This document shows, piece after piece, positions 47,205-62,224 of a stretch of 64,000 nt of DNA. Both the position numbers and the translations under genes were made by a program. Under the pieces are notes generated by a model. It was not told where the DNA came from. It did not search any database and saw only the letters and a program-made list of their open reading frames with translations. Positions within the stretch are counted from its first letter, which is position 1. Each line of letters starts with the position of its first letter. The DNA comes from the human T2T-CHM13v2.0 reference genome, Homo sapiens, in assembly GCF_009914755.1 (NCBI RefSeq), contig NC_060926.1. One strand, given 5' to 3'.

Positions 47205-47550
47205 CAAGGATCAGAATTTCAAAAGTCTACAGGAGTCAGGATACTGTAAAGTAGACTAGGTGCAGCCTGCAATAGGGAGTGGTGCAGACTGTGGCAAACT
47301 GAAGAACACATGCCTCATTCAAAGGGAACAGCCACCACCAAACTCTAGCTAACTGTTGCCATATCAGAATTTGGGCCCAATGTGGCCAATCTTTTGATTT
47401 TTTTACGGGCAGCCAGAAATCTAGTTTCTTATGTGATGTCTTCTGATTTTCAAAGATTTGTGATGAAATACTTTCAACAAGCATTGTAAAGGGCCTATCA
47501 AATCTGCCCAGCGGTTCCATTTGGCCCACTTGGCCTCAGCTTCCTACCAA
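47205..47550. mobile_element. MER102-like hAT-Charlie element
   Basis: 'gactgtggcaaactgaagaacacatgcc...ttgggcccaatgtggcc...gcagccagaaatctag'. Confidence 0.6.
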
Positions 47551-47734
47551 GGCTCACCTGGTGAGATGTGTGGTAATCTGGACAGGTAGTGCTTAAGACA
47601 TTGGCTTTGGCTCTTGACATTTGTAGAGCTGGAAGAGTCCTGCTTTGTTATAGACAAGATACTAAGGCCCAGAGCAGACAAATGGCTCACTCTCAATCAC
47701 ACTATCACTCCCTTAGGCCAAGAATGCCAGACTC

Positions 47735-48022
47735 GGCTGGGCGCGGTGATTCATGCCTGTAATCTCAGCACTTTGGGAGGCCGAAGTGGGCGGATCACGA
47801 GGTTAGGAGTTCAAGACCAGCCTGGCCAACACAGTGAAATCCCATCTCTACTAAAAATACAAAAATTAGCTGGGCATGGGGGCCCGCGCCTGTAATCCTG
47901 GCTACTCAGGAAGCTGAGGCAGGAGAGTCACTTGAACCTGGTGGTGGAGGTTGCAGTGAGCCAAGATTGCACCATCGCACTCCAGCCCGAGCAGCAGAGC
48001 AAGACTCCGTCTCAAAAAAAAA
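47735..48022 (+). mobile_element. Alu (AluSg/Sc-like)
   Basis: Full Alu; 15-bp TSD aagaatgccagactc at 47720-47734 and 48023-48037. Confidence 0.96.
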
Positions 48023-49049
48023 AAGAATGCCAGACTCCTACTTTCTGTGACTTCAAAGTCACTGAGTCCTCAGTCTTTAAAACAACAGTCAGTAGGCAGC
48101 TATTGATTTGGCAAAAGAAAAACAACAACAACAACAGTCAATGTCTTCTGTCTGTCCCGAGGTTTGCCTCTGAGAAAGGCCCTTGGTGAGCTGGAACACT
48201 CTGCCAGGTGGGTAAGTCTTAGAGCAAAAGATGCTGTGTCCACACTGGTCTCTGGCTGGCTAGGGGAATGGTACAAATGGCTAATGTTCTTCATGAATTT
48301 CTCTCATACATCATATAACTTATTCTATAAGGACATATACTAATCATTTACAGAGTGAGCTGAAATCCCTATATAACCCAGGTGGAGAAAATCACCACAC
48401 TGGTGAATACTCTTGTTATTTATGAGCAGGTGTACCTTCTAGACACCCGAGTTAGGCCCAGAGGGAGAAAGTTTCCTTAATCTGCAGTTGACATAAGATT
48501 TCTGTCTGTGTCATGCTCTCAATGTGTCTGTCCTCTTCCCAATTCTAAAGTGCAGATGGCCTAACCCAGACAGCAGAAAAAAAAATGCAGGTATGAAATT
48601 TAGCATTCTCTCAACACGGCATTTGTTCATTCTAGCCTCTCCTTTTGCAAATACATCTTTAGAGCTCTTAAGAATTAAACTACTTACTTATGTTATTGAT
48701 AATGGTTCCAAAACAAATATCAGACTTTAAGTGATTTCAACCCTTCCTGCACAAACTCTGGGACTTTCCTAGGTGATGTAAGAGTACTGAGCTTTCTAGG
48801 TTATGGGAGCATTGCAGAGATAGGCAGAGTTAATTTTTTGATAATTTGTAATATCATGGCTTCTGGGGTTTTTAAGTCTTAGAGACAATTTCTTTTCTAT
48901 GAAGTGTCTTCAAAAGTTCACAAAAATTGCGTATTATGAAAAAAAACTGCATGCATTTCAATTTTTTTGCACCAAAATAAGCTCATATTAACTTGTTACA
49001 ATATACCTGAAGATGATCTAGTTTAAGGGACTAGGAAGGATAAGACATA

Positions 49050-49337
49050 TGCTGGGCAAGGTGATTCACACCTGTAATCCCAGAACTTTGGGAGGCTGAG
49101 GTGAGTGGCTCACTTGAGCTCAGGAGTTCAAGACCAGCCTGGGCAACATTGTGAAACCTTATCTCTACAAAAAATACAAAAATTAGCTGGGCATGGTGGT
49201 GTGCGCCTCTAGTTCCAGGTACTCGGGAGACTGAGGTGGGAGGATCACTGAGCCTGGAAGGCAGAGGTTGTCAGCCAACATCACATCACTGCATTCCAGC
49301 CTGGGTGACAGAGCAAGGGTCTGTCAAAAAAAAAGAA
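49050..49337 (+). mobile_element. AluJ-like element inside HSMAR2
   Basis: 15-bp TSD gaaggataagacata at 49035-49049 and 49338-49352. Confidence 0.95.
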
Positions 49338-50408
49338 GAAGGATAAGACATAAATTCAAAGAGAGCACATATCAGAGCATCAAGAATTCTGCTAAAATTG
49401 AAGCAAGAACGAACATGAAATTTATGGCGAAGTTTGAGTGGAAGAATGGTGAAATCATTAATGATTTATGAAAAGTTTATGGAGACAATGCACCAAAGAA
49501 ATCAGCAGTTTACAAATGGATAACTCATTTTAGGAAGGGTTGAGATAATGTTGAAGATGAAGCCCATGGCAGCAGACCATCCACATCAATTTGTAAGGAA
49601 AAAAATGTTGTTCATGCCCTAATTGAAGATGACCAATGATCAACAGCACAAACAATAGCAACACCACAGACATCTCAACTGGTTCAGCTTACACAATTCT
49701 GACTGAAAAATTAAAGTTGAACAAACTTTCCACCTGATGGGCACCAAAACCGTTGTACCCAGATCAGCTGCAGACAAGAGCAGAGCTTTCAATGAAAATG
49801 TTAAAACAAATGGGACCAAGATCCTGAAGCATCTCTTTTTAGAATGTAATGGGAGATGAAACACGGCTTTACCAATATGATCCTAAAGACACAACACAAT
49901 CATAGCAATGGCTACCAAGAGGTGGATGTGGCCCAGTCAAAGCACAAGCAGACCAGTCAAAAGCAAAGGTCATGGCAACAGTCTTTGGGATGCTCAAGGC
50001 ATTTTGCTTGTTGAGTTTCTGGAGGGCCAAAGGACGGCAAGGTCTCCTTAGTATGAGAGTGTTTTGAGAAAGTTAACCAAAGCTTTAGTAGAAAAATGCC
50101 CGGGAAAGCTTCACCAAAGAACCTCTCTCTATTATGACAATGCTCCTGCTCTTTCCTCTCATCAAACAAGGGCAATGTTGTGAGAGTTTCAGTAGGAAAT
50201 CATTAGGCATCCACCGTATGGTCCTGATTTTGGCTCTTTCTGACTTCTTTTTGTTTCCTGACTTTAAAAATATTTTTTAAAGGGCACTCATTTTTCTTTA
50301 GTAGTAACTGAAGTATTAAACGTAAAAATGACTACATTGGCATGTTTAAGTTCCCAGGACTCTCAGTTCCTTAGGTATGAATTAAATGGCTGGTATCATC
50401 ACTTATAA

Positions 50409-50736
<328 letters not shown>

Positions 50737-51188
50737 GAAGCTTATGTTGAAAAACAAAGTTTATATTTTCTGTTTTTATCTTTTAATTCCATTTTCCACT
50801 AACGTTGTGAAGTCCTTTTATATTATGCTTTCTGTCCCTGTCAGCTGTCTAATAAGATTGGAAAAGCAGGGATTATTATTCACATTTGAAAGATATGAAA
50901 GTTCAGCCCTAGGAGACTGACTGTGTGCCCCACCTATTTGACAGGAGCAAAGTGTCTCCCCGTCCCCATAGATTTTTCTATTGTATGTGAAGCAATGAGG
51001 ACCTAAGAAATCTGTAGCTCACATTCCCAAGCAGAGCTGAACACCATTCCACATAATACATTCTAACATTGCCTTAGATATTCTGTGGGCAAAAAATAGA
51101 CCAACCGATATATACCTTCATATTCATATTGATCCTATTGTATCTGTAGACCTAAATCATAAGGATTATTTATAACACTACATTTTTA

Positions 51189-51674
<486 letters not shown>

Positions 51675-52939
51675 CTATTTTTAAGTAAAAACAAAAAAAG
51701 ATGAGAGAATATTTTGCAATAGCCATAGAGTTCAAGAAAGAGGTGGGGGAGGCCTCAACTCTCAGAGAGACAAGGCAGGAATAGATGACAAAGTATGTAG
51801 CTGGCAAAAGAGAAGGGAAATGGCAAAGAGAAGACCAAACAAGTCAAGAATGGGGGACAAGTGTGCTGGTGTAGGACACCAAATATGAGGTCACCTGGAA
51901 AAATCCAAAGATTCTTTCAAGAATGGCCACCCAAGGTACATAAAAACACATTTTGAGTTCAATTTCTATTTCGTTGTTTGATGTGAATAATCTAACGGTA
52001 TTATTTTCTACAGTGTTCATTTTAATTTATGGTTATCAATTGCCTTATTCTTAAATGCACTTTTGTGGCTTAGCCTGGAAACTCTCCCCACTTATTATGC
52101 AAGTTCTATAAGACAATATGTTCAAACAGTTGAATTAAAAATATGTTTAGGAATACAACCTGTCAGTTGAAGACTGTCAGTAAGGACAATGACAACCCTG
52201 AAGTGAATTGTAAATGCAGGTTATGAATCATAGAATTGCTTTAAGAAACAGCAAAGGCCAACTAGTATTCAATGGTGTACCACATTCATTTACTACTGCA
52301 ACCCCGTCCCTGGCATGGCGGGCATTGGGAGCTTCTGGAGAAAATATGGTAAGAAGAAGTCTTACATCCCATGGGGACTAATATACCCCATGCTTAGCAT
52401 ATGTTTTTGTATTTTTAACAGATCAAGGTATAAAATAATTATATTCAGATCACCACACAGCCCACAACAAATGTGCTTGGATGCTGAAAAAAATATTTAT
52501 ATATATAACAGAAGTCCTCTATAATAATAAATTACTTACTGGCCCTAGACTGTACGACAATTGCTCATAAAGGAAAAATCCTTCAGTCATTCCAGAAGGC
52601 TCTATGGAATCCCTCTGCTGCGCACTGTTGCAGGTATGGCAGATGTGAAACAGGCAGGAGTCCCTGCTCTCAAAGGGCTTAAATCATGAGGGAGGTGACA
52701 GATAATAAACTCTATTTAAAAAACAAAATATATAAGACTTTAGATAGTACAATGTGCTAAGGAGAAAAAAAATACTGGGAAGGGAAATAGGAACTGTCAA
52801 GGAGGTAGAATGGGTTCGAAAGCCCTCACTGAGATGGGACATTTAAGCATGTCTAATGGGACATTAGAATCAAGTATGATGCCTCTATGTGATTTTTTTC
52901 CCCCAAAGCTGGTAAGTCACTGCCCAAAAACAACAGCTC

Positions 52940-53468
52940 ATATCACATTACTCCATTACTCTCCTGCTCCGAAACTTTCAACAACCCTTGGCCAGTGAAA
53001 TAAAGCCCAAGCTGCCACTGCACTAGAATAAAATCCACAGTTCTTACAGTGGTCCATTAGATACCCTGTACCCTCCAACTATGGCACTGCCTTGGGCATC
53101 AGCACTGACTCTACAGAGCTCTTCTGCCTGTTTGACTTGCTGTCCCCTCATTTCATTCAGGAATTCGTTCAGGCTCCTAAGAAAGTGTCATCTCCTTTTA
53201 GCAAGCCCTGGCCACCCCATCAGAAATGGCACCCTACGCACTCTCTATTTTCCAACCCTGCTGTATTTTGCTTTATAGCACCTATTGCTACATGATGTTG
53301 TAGTATATCTTTGTTTATTTGTTTACTGCTTCTCTCTACACCAGAATTATAAGTTCTGTGAGAATGAGAGCTTTGTCCATTTTGTCACTGTTCTATCCCC
53401 AAGCATTTAGTATAATGCCTGGTGCATAGCAGGTACTCACTAAACATTTATGAATAAATGAATGAATG
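52940..53468 (+). mobile_element. L2 LINE 3' fragment (a reverse-oriented L2 piece lies at ~52610-52850)
   Basis: Ends 'aatgcctggtgcatagcaggtactcactaaacattttatgaataaatgaatgaatgaa'. Confidence 0.8.
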
Positions 53469-56400
53469 AAGAGTGGAAGCAGGGGGCTGTCAAGGCTCTC
53501 TACAGTCTTGTCTGAGGAAGACTGTCCAGTCCTAACTCATGGCTGTCCCTGCTCCCTCCCCATATGCCTTAACCAAATTCACTCCTCATCTGTCACCAAC
53601 CACTGCCAGTATTGTCTCACTTCTGCTCAAGGGATTCCTAATACTTGAATGCCCTTCCTGTCACCTACCTCTGCCTGACATAACATGCCTCTTTCAAGAC
53701 TCAGTTAAAAAAAAATCCTTTTTGGAATTTTTCCCCAGTCCTCTGCCTGAAGCATTTTTCCCTTCCTGGAGCCTAGAGCTCTTTATTCTCTGGTCTTTCC
53801 CTAGAGTCCTGCATTCAGTCCACCTGGCTCCACTTGTGAGTACACTGGAACCCTGGGTGTGCAGGGTATTCTGTTTCCAGGACAGTGCTGCGGTGTCATG
53901 TGTGCTCAATAAGAGTTGAATTCAGAGCTAGGAGGAAGAAAGGATTGAATGGTAGCTGACACCACACTCCTTGACCTCCTTACTTTCACTCTTTTGCTTG
54001 TACTGAGCTACAGCCTGATTTACCTTTGGGTGTCGTCAACTCACAGCAATGTAGCTTTTGTCCTTCCCACGCAAGTTCTGCCAAGTTCTTCCCAGCTTGG
54101 CTCTTCCTTGCGCTTTTGTTGTTGGACATGCCCCACAGCACCAAGAGGTCCTTTTTTGTGTCCCTACCTTTAATGCTCACACACTTTCCTGACCAAGCCA
54201 GAAAGTCTCATTGACTTGTATCCAAACTATTTATTACTAGCACTTCCCAAAGTGTATCCTGGTGGCACCAATTCTGGGAATGGGTCTGTGAAGGGAAAGG
54301 CTTCTTCCTGAAGTGGATTCAGGATATTGAATATTCTGTGAAGTTCTGCAGTAAAAATACCTGTTGAGCATCATCAAGCCAAAGAATCACATATTTCTTT
54401 AACTACTGAACCATTTTTCCCCTGTGGAGTACTTCCTAATACTCTGAAAAATTACAATTTTGCAGAACAGAATTGTACTATATTTTCCTAGATGACGTAG
54501 GTGTGCAAGAATATTTGTGAAATAAATCGGGGACTAACCTGCTGATAGCACCACAATTCATGCATATATAGAGAGATAGAATAATAGTCAATAGCATAAA
54601 ACATAGTATAGCAGCAGACAGCATTAGTAGATGCTCCTTACAAAGCTGGCACTGCTCTGGAATTCACTCAATTCAGGAAGACACAGATTGGTTAATAGCC
54701 CTGCTAAATTCACACAGCTATTAAGTAGCAGATGATGGCCTCAAACTCAGGGGTCTATCTTTCAGGGGCTTGCCTTAGTCACCCCACTCTGGTAATGCAT
54801 ACCCCACAGATTTCTCTATAACTGAGATTTATATGGAACTTTTCTAAGAGCAGGAAACTAATACTTATTTTGTACCCACTCATTTAAAGTTCTCAGTAAC
54901 CTTGTGAAGCAGGAATTCAAATCTATATCTCAAGTCTTCCAGTTACAGGCTTACTTCCACGTTGCTTTTCCATTTGTGAAAAGGCTCAGAAGTGCTACTG
55001 GGACCCATTAGTGCTCTCTGATCACTTGTTAGGGTTTCCTTATGGCGGCGGCTCATTTGCAGCAATTCCTTTGAGAAGCCTGGAGGAAGGGCTGAGGGAA
55101 AGGCCTCTCCCAGGGACTGCTTGTAAGCACAGAAAACATATCTGGAAAGAAAAGGCGGCATTAAGCCAAGGGCACACATACATCAAAGTAGCTTTTCTTT
55201 CCTTTCACTAACAAGTCTGAGAGGCCAGGAATAAAAGACTAAAAGGGTCTGTCAGCCAATACAGGTGAGAATTGTCGATTATCAGACTCCATGGGAAAGA
55301 GAGGAGGGCTTGATGACTGGAACATCTGCTGCCCTCCGAGAAAGGGGCCCACCTAACACCGAGTTGAATCTTTCTCGAAGCTGCAATGTGCATCCTCCTC
55401 CACCCCAAACTACACAAAAAGGCATCATAATGGAAGCGTAAGACGAAGGCAAAATGAATGCCTTTTCTCTCCCTCTCTCAGAAGGATAATGGTGGCACAG
55501 TCCAGGCTGATCAAGTTAAGGCTGAGAGGAGAGTATGTCTGGGTCTTTATCTTCAGCAGGAACCCATTGGAGGATGGTGGATTGTGAGAGTGTCCTGGGA
55601 CATGACCCTCCCAGATGTGGCATCCCCCAGAGGAGCCCTTGAAAGGGAAGCAAAACAGGGTCAGCTGGCCTGCTGGTCACCATGCTGGGCTTCACTCTGG
55701 GCTGATGCATCACTAAGGGAAATCCATGGGGATTAGGTCTCCTTTGGAGAGAGATCTGAGCCTGCAGATGCCTCTTAGTGAAACTGGGCTCAGTCCAGAG
55801 CAGTCTTGCTGGGCTTGAAGGTACTGTGGCAGACGGTGAAGCAGCCAGGGCTCTGAAGTCAGCGGGTTGGTGTGAACTGCTGTTCTACTACCTTCTAACG
55901 TGCTCTCTTTGAGCCTCGGGCTTTCCCACTGTACAATTTATATATTAATAATAATTCACTGAGTGGTTTTAAAGAGTAAATGAAATATATGTGTATAGAC
56001 TCCGTAAACTGAAGTGCTGTAAAATGTAAGCTGTTATAATTATGAGACCATTTTTACCTATCTCAGATCACCTAGGTGGCCACTGGAATCAGGACTTTAG
56101 CAGAATCATTTTTTTGGTCACACATTCAAATGTTGGCTGTAAAACTTGCCTCCCTTTCATTAAGCTAATACTTACTAATATTGATTAGATGGTAGGTACT
56201 ATTGGAGCCATAGAGGATATAGAGAGAAGACCTGGCTCTTGGTCTTGAGTAGCTCATAGTCTTATAAGGACAACAGCCCTGTAAACAGATATTACACCTG
56301 ACTTACACAAATTCAGCCCAAATCTGTGTGTGGGTGGGTGGGGAAATGGTGAGGCAGATGAGGGAGAGAATGAGACTGTGACGGACTTTGCAATAGGATC

Positions 56401-57739
56401 TGCTCAGGGCTACCACGAATGTAAAGCTATAATGTGCACCTGGGGGAAGGTGGTCACTGGGAAGTTGGAGAAAGTTTTGCAGGGTTAGAACCACCTTGGT
56501 GACAGATCATGGGACAAGCTGCCAAAGACAGCAACTCCCTGAAATAGAGGAAACTGCAAAGGCACGATCCTGCAGCTTCAAGGAGGAAATCCAAATGGTT
56601 CCAGGACCACCCAGAATGCTTATGCCTTGCAAAACTCTAGGGGGTGATATTTCAACTATACTCATCATAGATTAGCATATTGCTTAAGACTATTTTATGC
56701 AGATGGGAGTCAAGTGTCTTGAAGGAAGGTGACTTTTTTTCCATTCACAAATGATGCTATATGGGCTTACCAAGTTCTTCCCAAACCTTGAGCTGCTCAC
56801 ACAGGCAGTGGCACCCAATTTGAACCTTGCATTCTCTTCATGCTACTTCCCCTTTGGGTGAGAAGGAAAGGGATGGTCATGTTCTTGCACAGGAAGAAAG
56901 CGATGGTGACAGCCTTCCTAGGGCCAGTGGGGCCTATACCACCTAGCTTATAAGAAAGGCTAACTAACAAACCTCTACCTTCTCTTTGAATCATCTGGTT
57001 AGTCTTGTTTTCACACTGTTTTTCTCTTATTTCTTTTCAACTGAGACTTACAAACATCAGGACAACATTTTCCCTTTAAAAGCCAATTTAAAAGGTGCCA
57101 TGGTTAGAGTAAAGGCTGGAGAGTAAAGGCTCCTTCTTGCTCCCCCACCAGCCACTCTTCCAGGTTAAAATGCTTAAGGTGTGATGACTGGCCCAAGGCC
57201 AGGCCTTTCCTGAAGCTTTCAGACTGATGAGAACCCTCTTGGACTTCCTGGAAAGGAAGTAAGGTCATGGTGAGTTCATTCCATCACATTAGGAAGGGGA
57301 ATTATTGGGTACTTGCGGGGAAGAAAGCTTTCTCAAGCATAAGGTTGCCTAGAGTGAGAAAAACCATCCTGATCGTTTCTCTCCCTCCATGCTTTGTTTC
57401 TTTTTGGCACCATGAAGCCTGGGTGCCCTGGATGCCTGGGCAAATGTGTTTTATTCCTCTTGGCTCCATGCCCATCCAAGCTGTCCCTGCCCCAGGCCAA
57501 GGCAGCTGGAGGTGACTCATTGTCTGAGTCTAGTTCCTGTAGATTCTGGGCTGATTTCGTTTCTTTAGGAAACTTCCAGCACTGCCCTAGACTTGCCTTA
57601 AATCAAACCACTCTTTGAGATCAGGGACTGCTGCTTTCTACCATTACTCCTAACACTTAGCACAATGTGGGGCATGTGGTAGGCACTCAGAAAATCTGTT
57701 GAATCAATAGAATTAATGGTGTATTTTACATGGATTTGT

Positions 57740-58160
57740 GTCTGTCATGTCAGGTTTCTCCAGACGAACAGAATCAATAAGATTAGATAGATACATAAAG
57801 ATAGAGATAGAGAGATATTTACTCTAAGGGATTGGCTTACACGATTATGGGGGCTAGCAAATCCAAAATCTGCAGGGTGGGCTGGCAGCCTGGAAACTCA
57901 GGGAGAATTGGCTACTACAGTAGAGTCAGAATTCTTTCTTCTCTGGGAAACCTCACTTTTTGCTTTTAAGGCCTTCAATTGATTGAACTGTTGAATATAG
58001 CCCACTTGTTATCAAGAGTAATTTCCTTTACTTAAAGTCAACTAATTGTAAATAATAATGACATCTACAAAGTACCTTCACAGAAATACCTAGATTAGTG
58101 TTTGATTAAATAACAGGGTACTAGAACCTGGCTAAATCGACACGTAAAACTAACATCACA
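57740..58160 (-). mobile_element. MLT2-type ERVL LTR
   Basis: 'gtttctccagacgaacagaatcaata...ggattggcttacacgattatgggggctagcaaatccaaaatctgcaggg...cacgtaaaactaacatcaca'. Confidence 0.85.
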
Positions 58161-60057
58161 TCGTTCGTCAAATGATGTTCATGGAAACAGCCACCACTAC
58201 CATCACAACCATAGCAAAACAACAACAACAAAAAAACCACCACCAAACAAATAATGAAAGTCCAGAAAAACAGCTAACTTAACATCTGTACCCCAGTTCC
58301 AGCTAGGTGCTGCCAGCACCAAGATATTTAAAACACATTCACTGTCCTCAAGGAGATAACTCTTTAGTGAGGGAGACAGTCCAGTAAACAGATAATTACA
58401 CATTGATGAAATAAATACTATAATCAAGATGTGAATAAAACTTGCTCACTGTTGTTTAGAGTTTGGTAACCTTGAAGCAGTCAGAATGACCTTGGTAACC
58501 CGAGAGAGGGTCTGATGTCAGCCAGGCTAATATTACAACCTAGCTGCTCTGGGGAGAGAGTTTAAAATACCATCTTTAAATAAATGGACTGTGAAACAGC
58601 CAAAGGGTCTTAATGCCAGCAAATGTCAAAACACCCAAGGCAATCTGGGTATTTGGGGAAAGACTTGTAAGGCTACCACTCTCCTTCTTGCTCCCTGCAG
58701 CTTTTCCTGAATTCCAATCAGACACACAGGGCCCTGTCTGAAATCGTCTGGACAAATCCCCCAAGACATTGATGCCTGGGAGGGCAGGTTAATGATGTGG
58801 CTCCGTCTGTTGCCTTACCTATGGTAAATGAGGCCCAGGGCTAAATTTGGCAATGTTTCTATTTCTGGAAGGATAGCCTTTCATCTTGTTTCCCTTCCCC
58901 CAGTAGTTGTGAGCAGACTGCAGGCATCTGTTGACTCCAACAGTTCTGATAGCTTTAATATGCTCATTTTCTTCTACTATCTTTCCAACAATATCTGTTG
59001 TCAAATTAAAGATTGGGCTGTACACATTTAGTTGCAGATGCATTGCTAATAGCATGATGTTGGTGGTGTTGGATTCCTCCCTTGTCTCCTGCATAGAAAC
59101 ATTAGGATCATGCAAACAAATACCAATGTCCCTGCGTTCTTGTGCCAGTCCCTGTGGTCAGATCCATTAATGAGACTCCAAAACTGGGCCTGCCGCTGAC
59201 TCTTGTGGAAGCAGAGAAGTTGAGGACAGTAGAGAGTCTCATTGGTACAGAAAAAGCAGCAGGGATGGTAAGATGTCACATTAAGAGTCAGAATCTGGCT
59301 GGTCAAAAGAGTATTCAAAGACTGCAACCTGCTGCCCAGGAAGAGGGAAAGCCTCCAATCTCCTAGTGGCTCTCTCAGGATGGTGGGATTGGAAAGGGGC
59401 ACAGAGGAGCCCTCATTGTTTACTTTATACACTTCTACATTGCTTAACTTTGGTACAACGAATATATATTACTTTGGTAATCTAAATATTAAAAACATTT
59501 TTAAAAAAAGATAATTGCTTACTTAACACAGTAACAACAATAACAGCAACAACACAAGAGGACCAACTGACCCTGACAGGGAAATACTCTGGACCCCACC
59601 AAGCATACACAACATGAGGGCAGATTAAAGGCAACTTTGATCTTCTGGTTCTTGCTGAGGATTTTAAATGCACTACCTATCCAGGACAGTCCATTCACAG
59701 CAATGTAGCCCACTTTCCCCGCCATCCCAAACCCAGGATCTTTGTGCTAGGAAGTCCCATAACCCCACCTAAATCTGATGGGTGGTAGGTGGCAATGGCC
59801 ATCTGAGTGTTGATTTGCCAATCTAGATGGAGCTTAGGACTGACACGCAGTTTAATTATCATGTAGAGCTGCAGCTGGAGGTGGCTGGAGTGAGTTGACA
59901 TCTGCTTTTGCAAAGCACAATTTCTGCAAAAAAAATAACCACCAGAACTCTTGATTCTCTCTAATTAATGAAGAGGAAGCCTAGAATCTTCAAAGTCCAC
60001 GAATGTCATGCTGCCATTGTGTCAGGATTGATCTCCTTTGTTCTAGACCGAAGAGCA

Positions 60058-60093
60058 TGCCTCTCCTGCCTCTCCTGCCTCTCCTGCCTCTCC
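60058..60093. repeat. 9-bp tandem repeat (TGCCTCTCC)x4
   Basis: Read directly from the sequence. Confidence 0.9.
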
Positions 60094-60619
60094 TAATTCT
60101 TTATAAATTGAATTTTTCGATTACTAGTTGTGACAGCTATGTAACATGACTTCAGAAATTCACCCGCAGTTCATGCTAGTATTAGAAGCTTGAATAATAA
60201 TAATTTTTAAAAAGAACCATAATGGAACAAGCTTTCTGTCTCTGACCCAGAATTAATCATAGTGAAGAGACACCTACTGAAAGGAGGGTCGTTAATTAGC
60301 TCTAATGGCTCTTGCTGGGTGGAGTCTGAATGATTAGGAAGTCTGCAGACAGAAGGAAGGAGGAGATGCTTCCCCTTCCCCGTCTGTTTCCATGTGATGC
60401 CAGGGTGAGGCATGATGGGATTTGCTTCCAGGGGACAGGGAGTTGTGATGGAGGCCAGAGCTGCGCTCAGCTCAGTAAGGGATGCATTAGCCTGGCAGAC
60501 CAACAACTCCGAACATCCTCCAGGAAAATCAGGGGAAGTGGGTGGTTGTTTCCAATGCAAATGGCCTAACCCTGTGGTCTTATCTGAGCCTATAATGAAA
60601 CCCAGCACACAGAAGCCAG

Positions 60620-61200
60620 AGTGGGATCCTATTAAGCCTTATGTCAGATCATTTCACTCAGCTTCAAACATTCCAGTGGACCCCATCTCTTTAAAAGAGA
60701 GCAGACATTGTTCATCAGCCTGGAAGGTCCTGCCTATCTGGCCACTGTTTCCCCTATGACCTCATTTCCTACTCTTCACCTCAACTCACTCTGCTCCTGG
60801 CACATTGGCTTCCTTGATATTCCATCAACACTCCAAGCATGCACCCATCTCAGGGCCTTTGCACTGGCAATTTTGTCTGTCTGTAGCACGGTTTTCCAGA
60901 TTTTTACTTGCCTCACTTTTTTTCTTCTTTTAAGACTTTGTTTAAATATTACGTTCTTAATGAGGTGACAGTGACCACTCCATGTAAAATAGAAACCTCT
61001 CCCCCAGCACCGTCCTTCCTCTTTACCTTGCTATATTTTTCTCTTAACCACTTAACACACCTTATACTTTCCTTATTTATTATGTTTATTGTTAAATCTT
61101 TGCCTCCTTTATCTTCCACTAGAGCGTAAGCACCACAAAAACAGGGATTCTTGTCTGTTTTGTTCACTAATGTATCCTCAGCATCTAGAACTGTGCCAGT
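60620..61200 (+). mobile_element. L2 LINE fragment
   Basis: 'ctcactctgctcctggcacattggcttcctt...ctcagggcctttgcactggc...gtctgttttgttcactaatgtatcctcagcatctagaactgtgcc'. Confidence 0.8.
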
Positions 61201-62224
61201 TCAAGAAATACTAGCAGAGTGGAAGAATCAGTCCTTACACTTTGGAGTGCTCGCTGGTCTGTGCGAAGACTGCATGTGCCCATCCACATGACTGCTCAAA
61301 CATCTTATAAAGGCAGTTCCTTTTTTTTCCTCAAGTGCCTAGTGAGAGTATTATTGTTTCCTTTGATTGCCAAATGTTAATAATTAAAGCAAATAGGGTG
61401 ATCAGAGTTAACTATTACTTGAGGTGTTTATTTCTTTTCCGGTGGCTTCTATTAGGAAAATCTTGTCTGAGACTGGGCAGGAATGGTGCTTTTATGGGAG
61501 GGGGGTGGTTTTTGTCCCCAGGGTGTATGTTGTTTTCTTTCAGTCTGCAGAGAACGGGAGGTCTTTAGAGACATTGTGCAGTGGAAATCATGGTGGTCAG
61601 AGGCCAGGGGGTTTCCTTGGTGTAACTCAACAGTGACTCCACTGAGGGGGAAGCATTCTTAGGCACCCAATGAAGAGGCAAATATGCTGAGGAAACAGGA
61701 CCAGAGCCACAGGAGAGAGCTTTAGGGAGGGAGCTGCAGTAAAGCCTATAGCCCCTGTCATCTCTACAGATTGTTTCCAAACAGTAGGGCCATAGATCTC
61801 TGTATGAGATACTTTCTCATACAGAAGAAAGAATTGAAGAATGCCTATTGAGTCTTGCTTGTGTCTCTAACTTACTAAGGGTTTAATAAATCTGGCAGAG
61901 GTTGCAGTGTAGACAGATCAGGCCTTCCAACCTTCCACGTTCTACTTGACTTGTGCCTTACATCCAGTCCTTAGCTCAAAGGGCCTGACAAAATAGGAAA
62001 ACATGTATGCATTCAGTTAACAAGTCCACTAATGCTGGGCTCAATGCTGAGTCATGATGCAAAGGTTCTATCCCTGGTGCTGCAGCTGCTGGTTGAGTTA
62101 ACGTTGGCCATTCATCTCCCTGTCTCTGGTTTCTAATTCTATCTTCTTAAACTTTACAAAGTTTTTTTTTCTTCTTTTTTTTTTTTTGTGGCATTCATTC
62201 CTCTGAATAACTGTTTCTTTAAAA

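Noticed and set aside
49268-50260. HSMAR2 transposase as a domesticated SETMAR-like gene
   Set aside because: Start codon lost, with in-frame stops and frameshifts.
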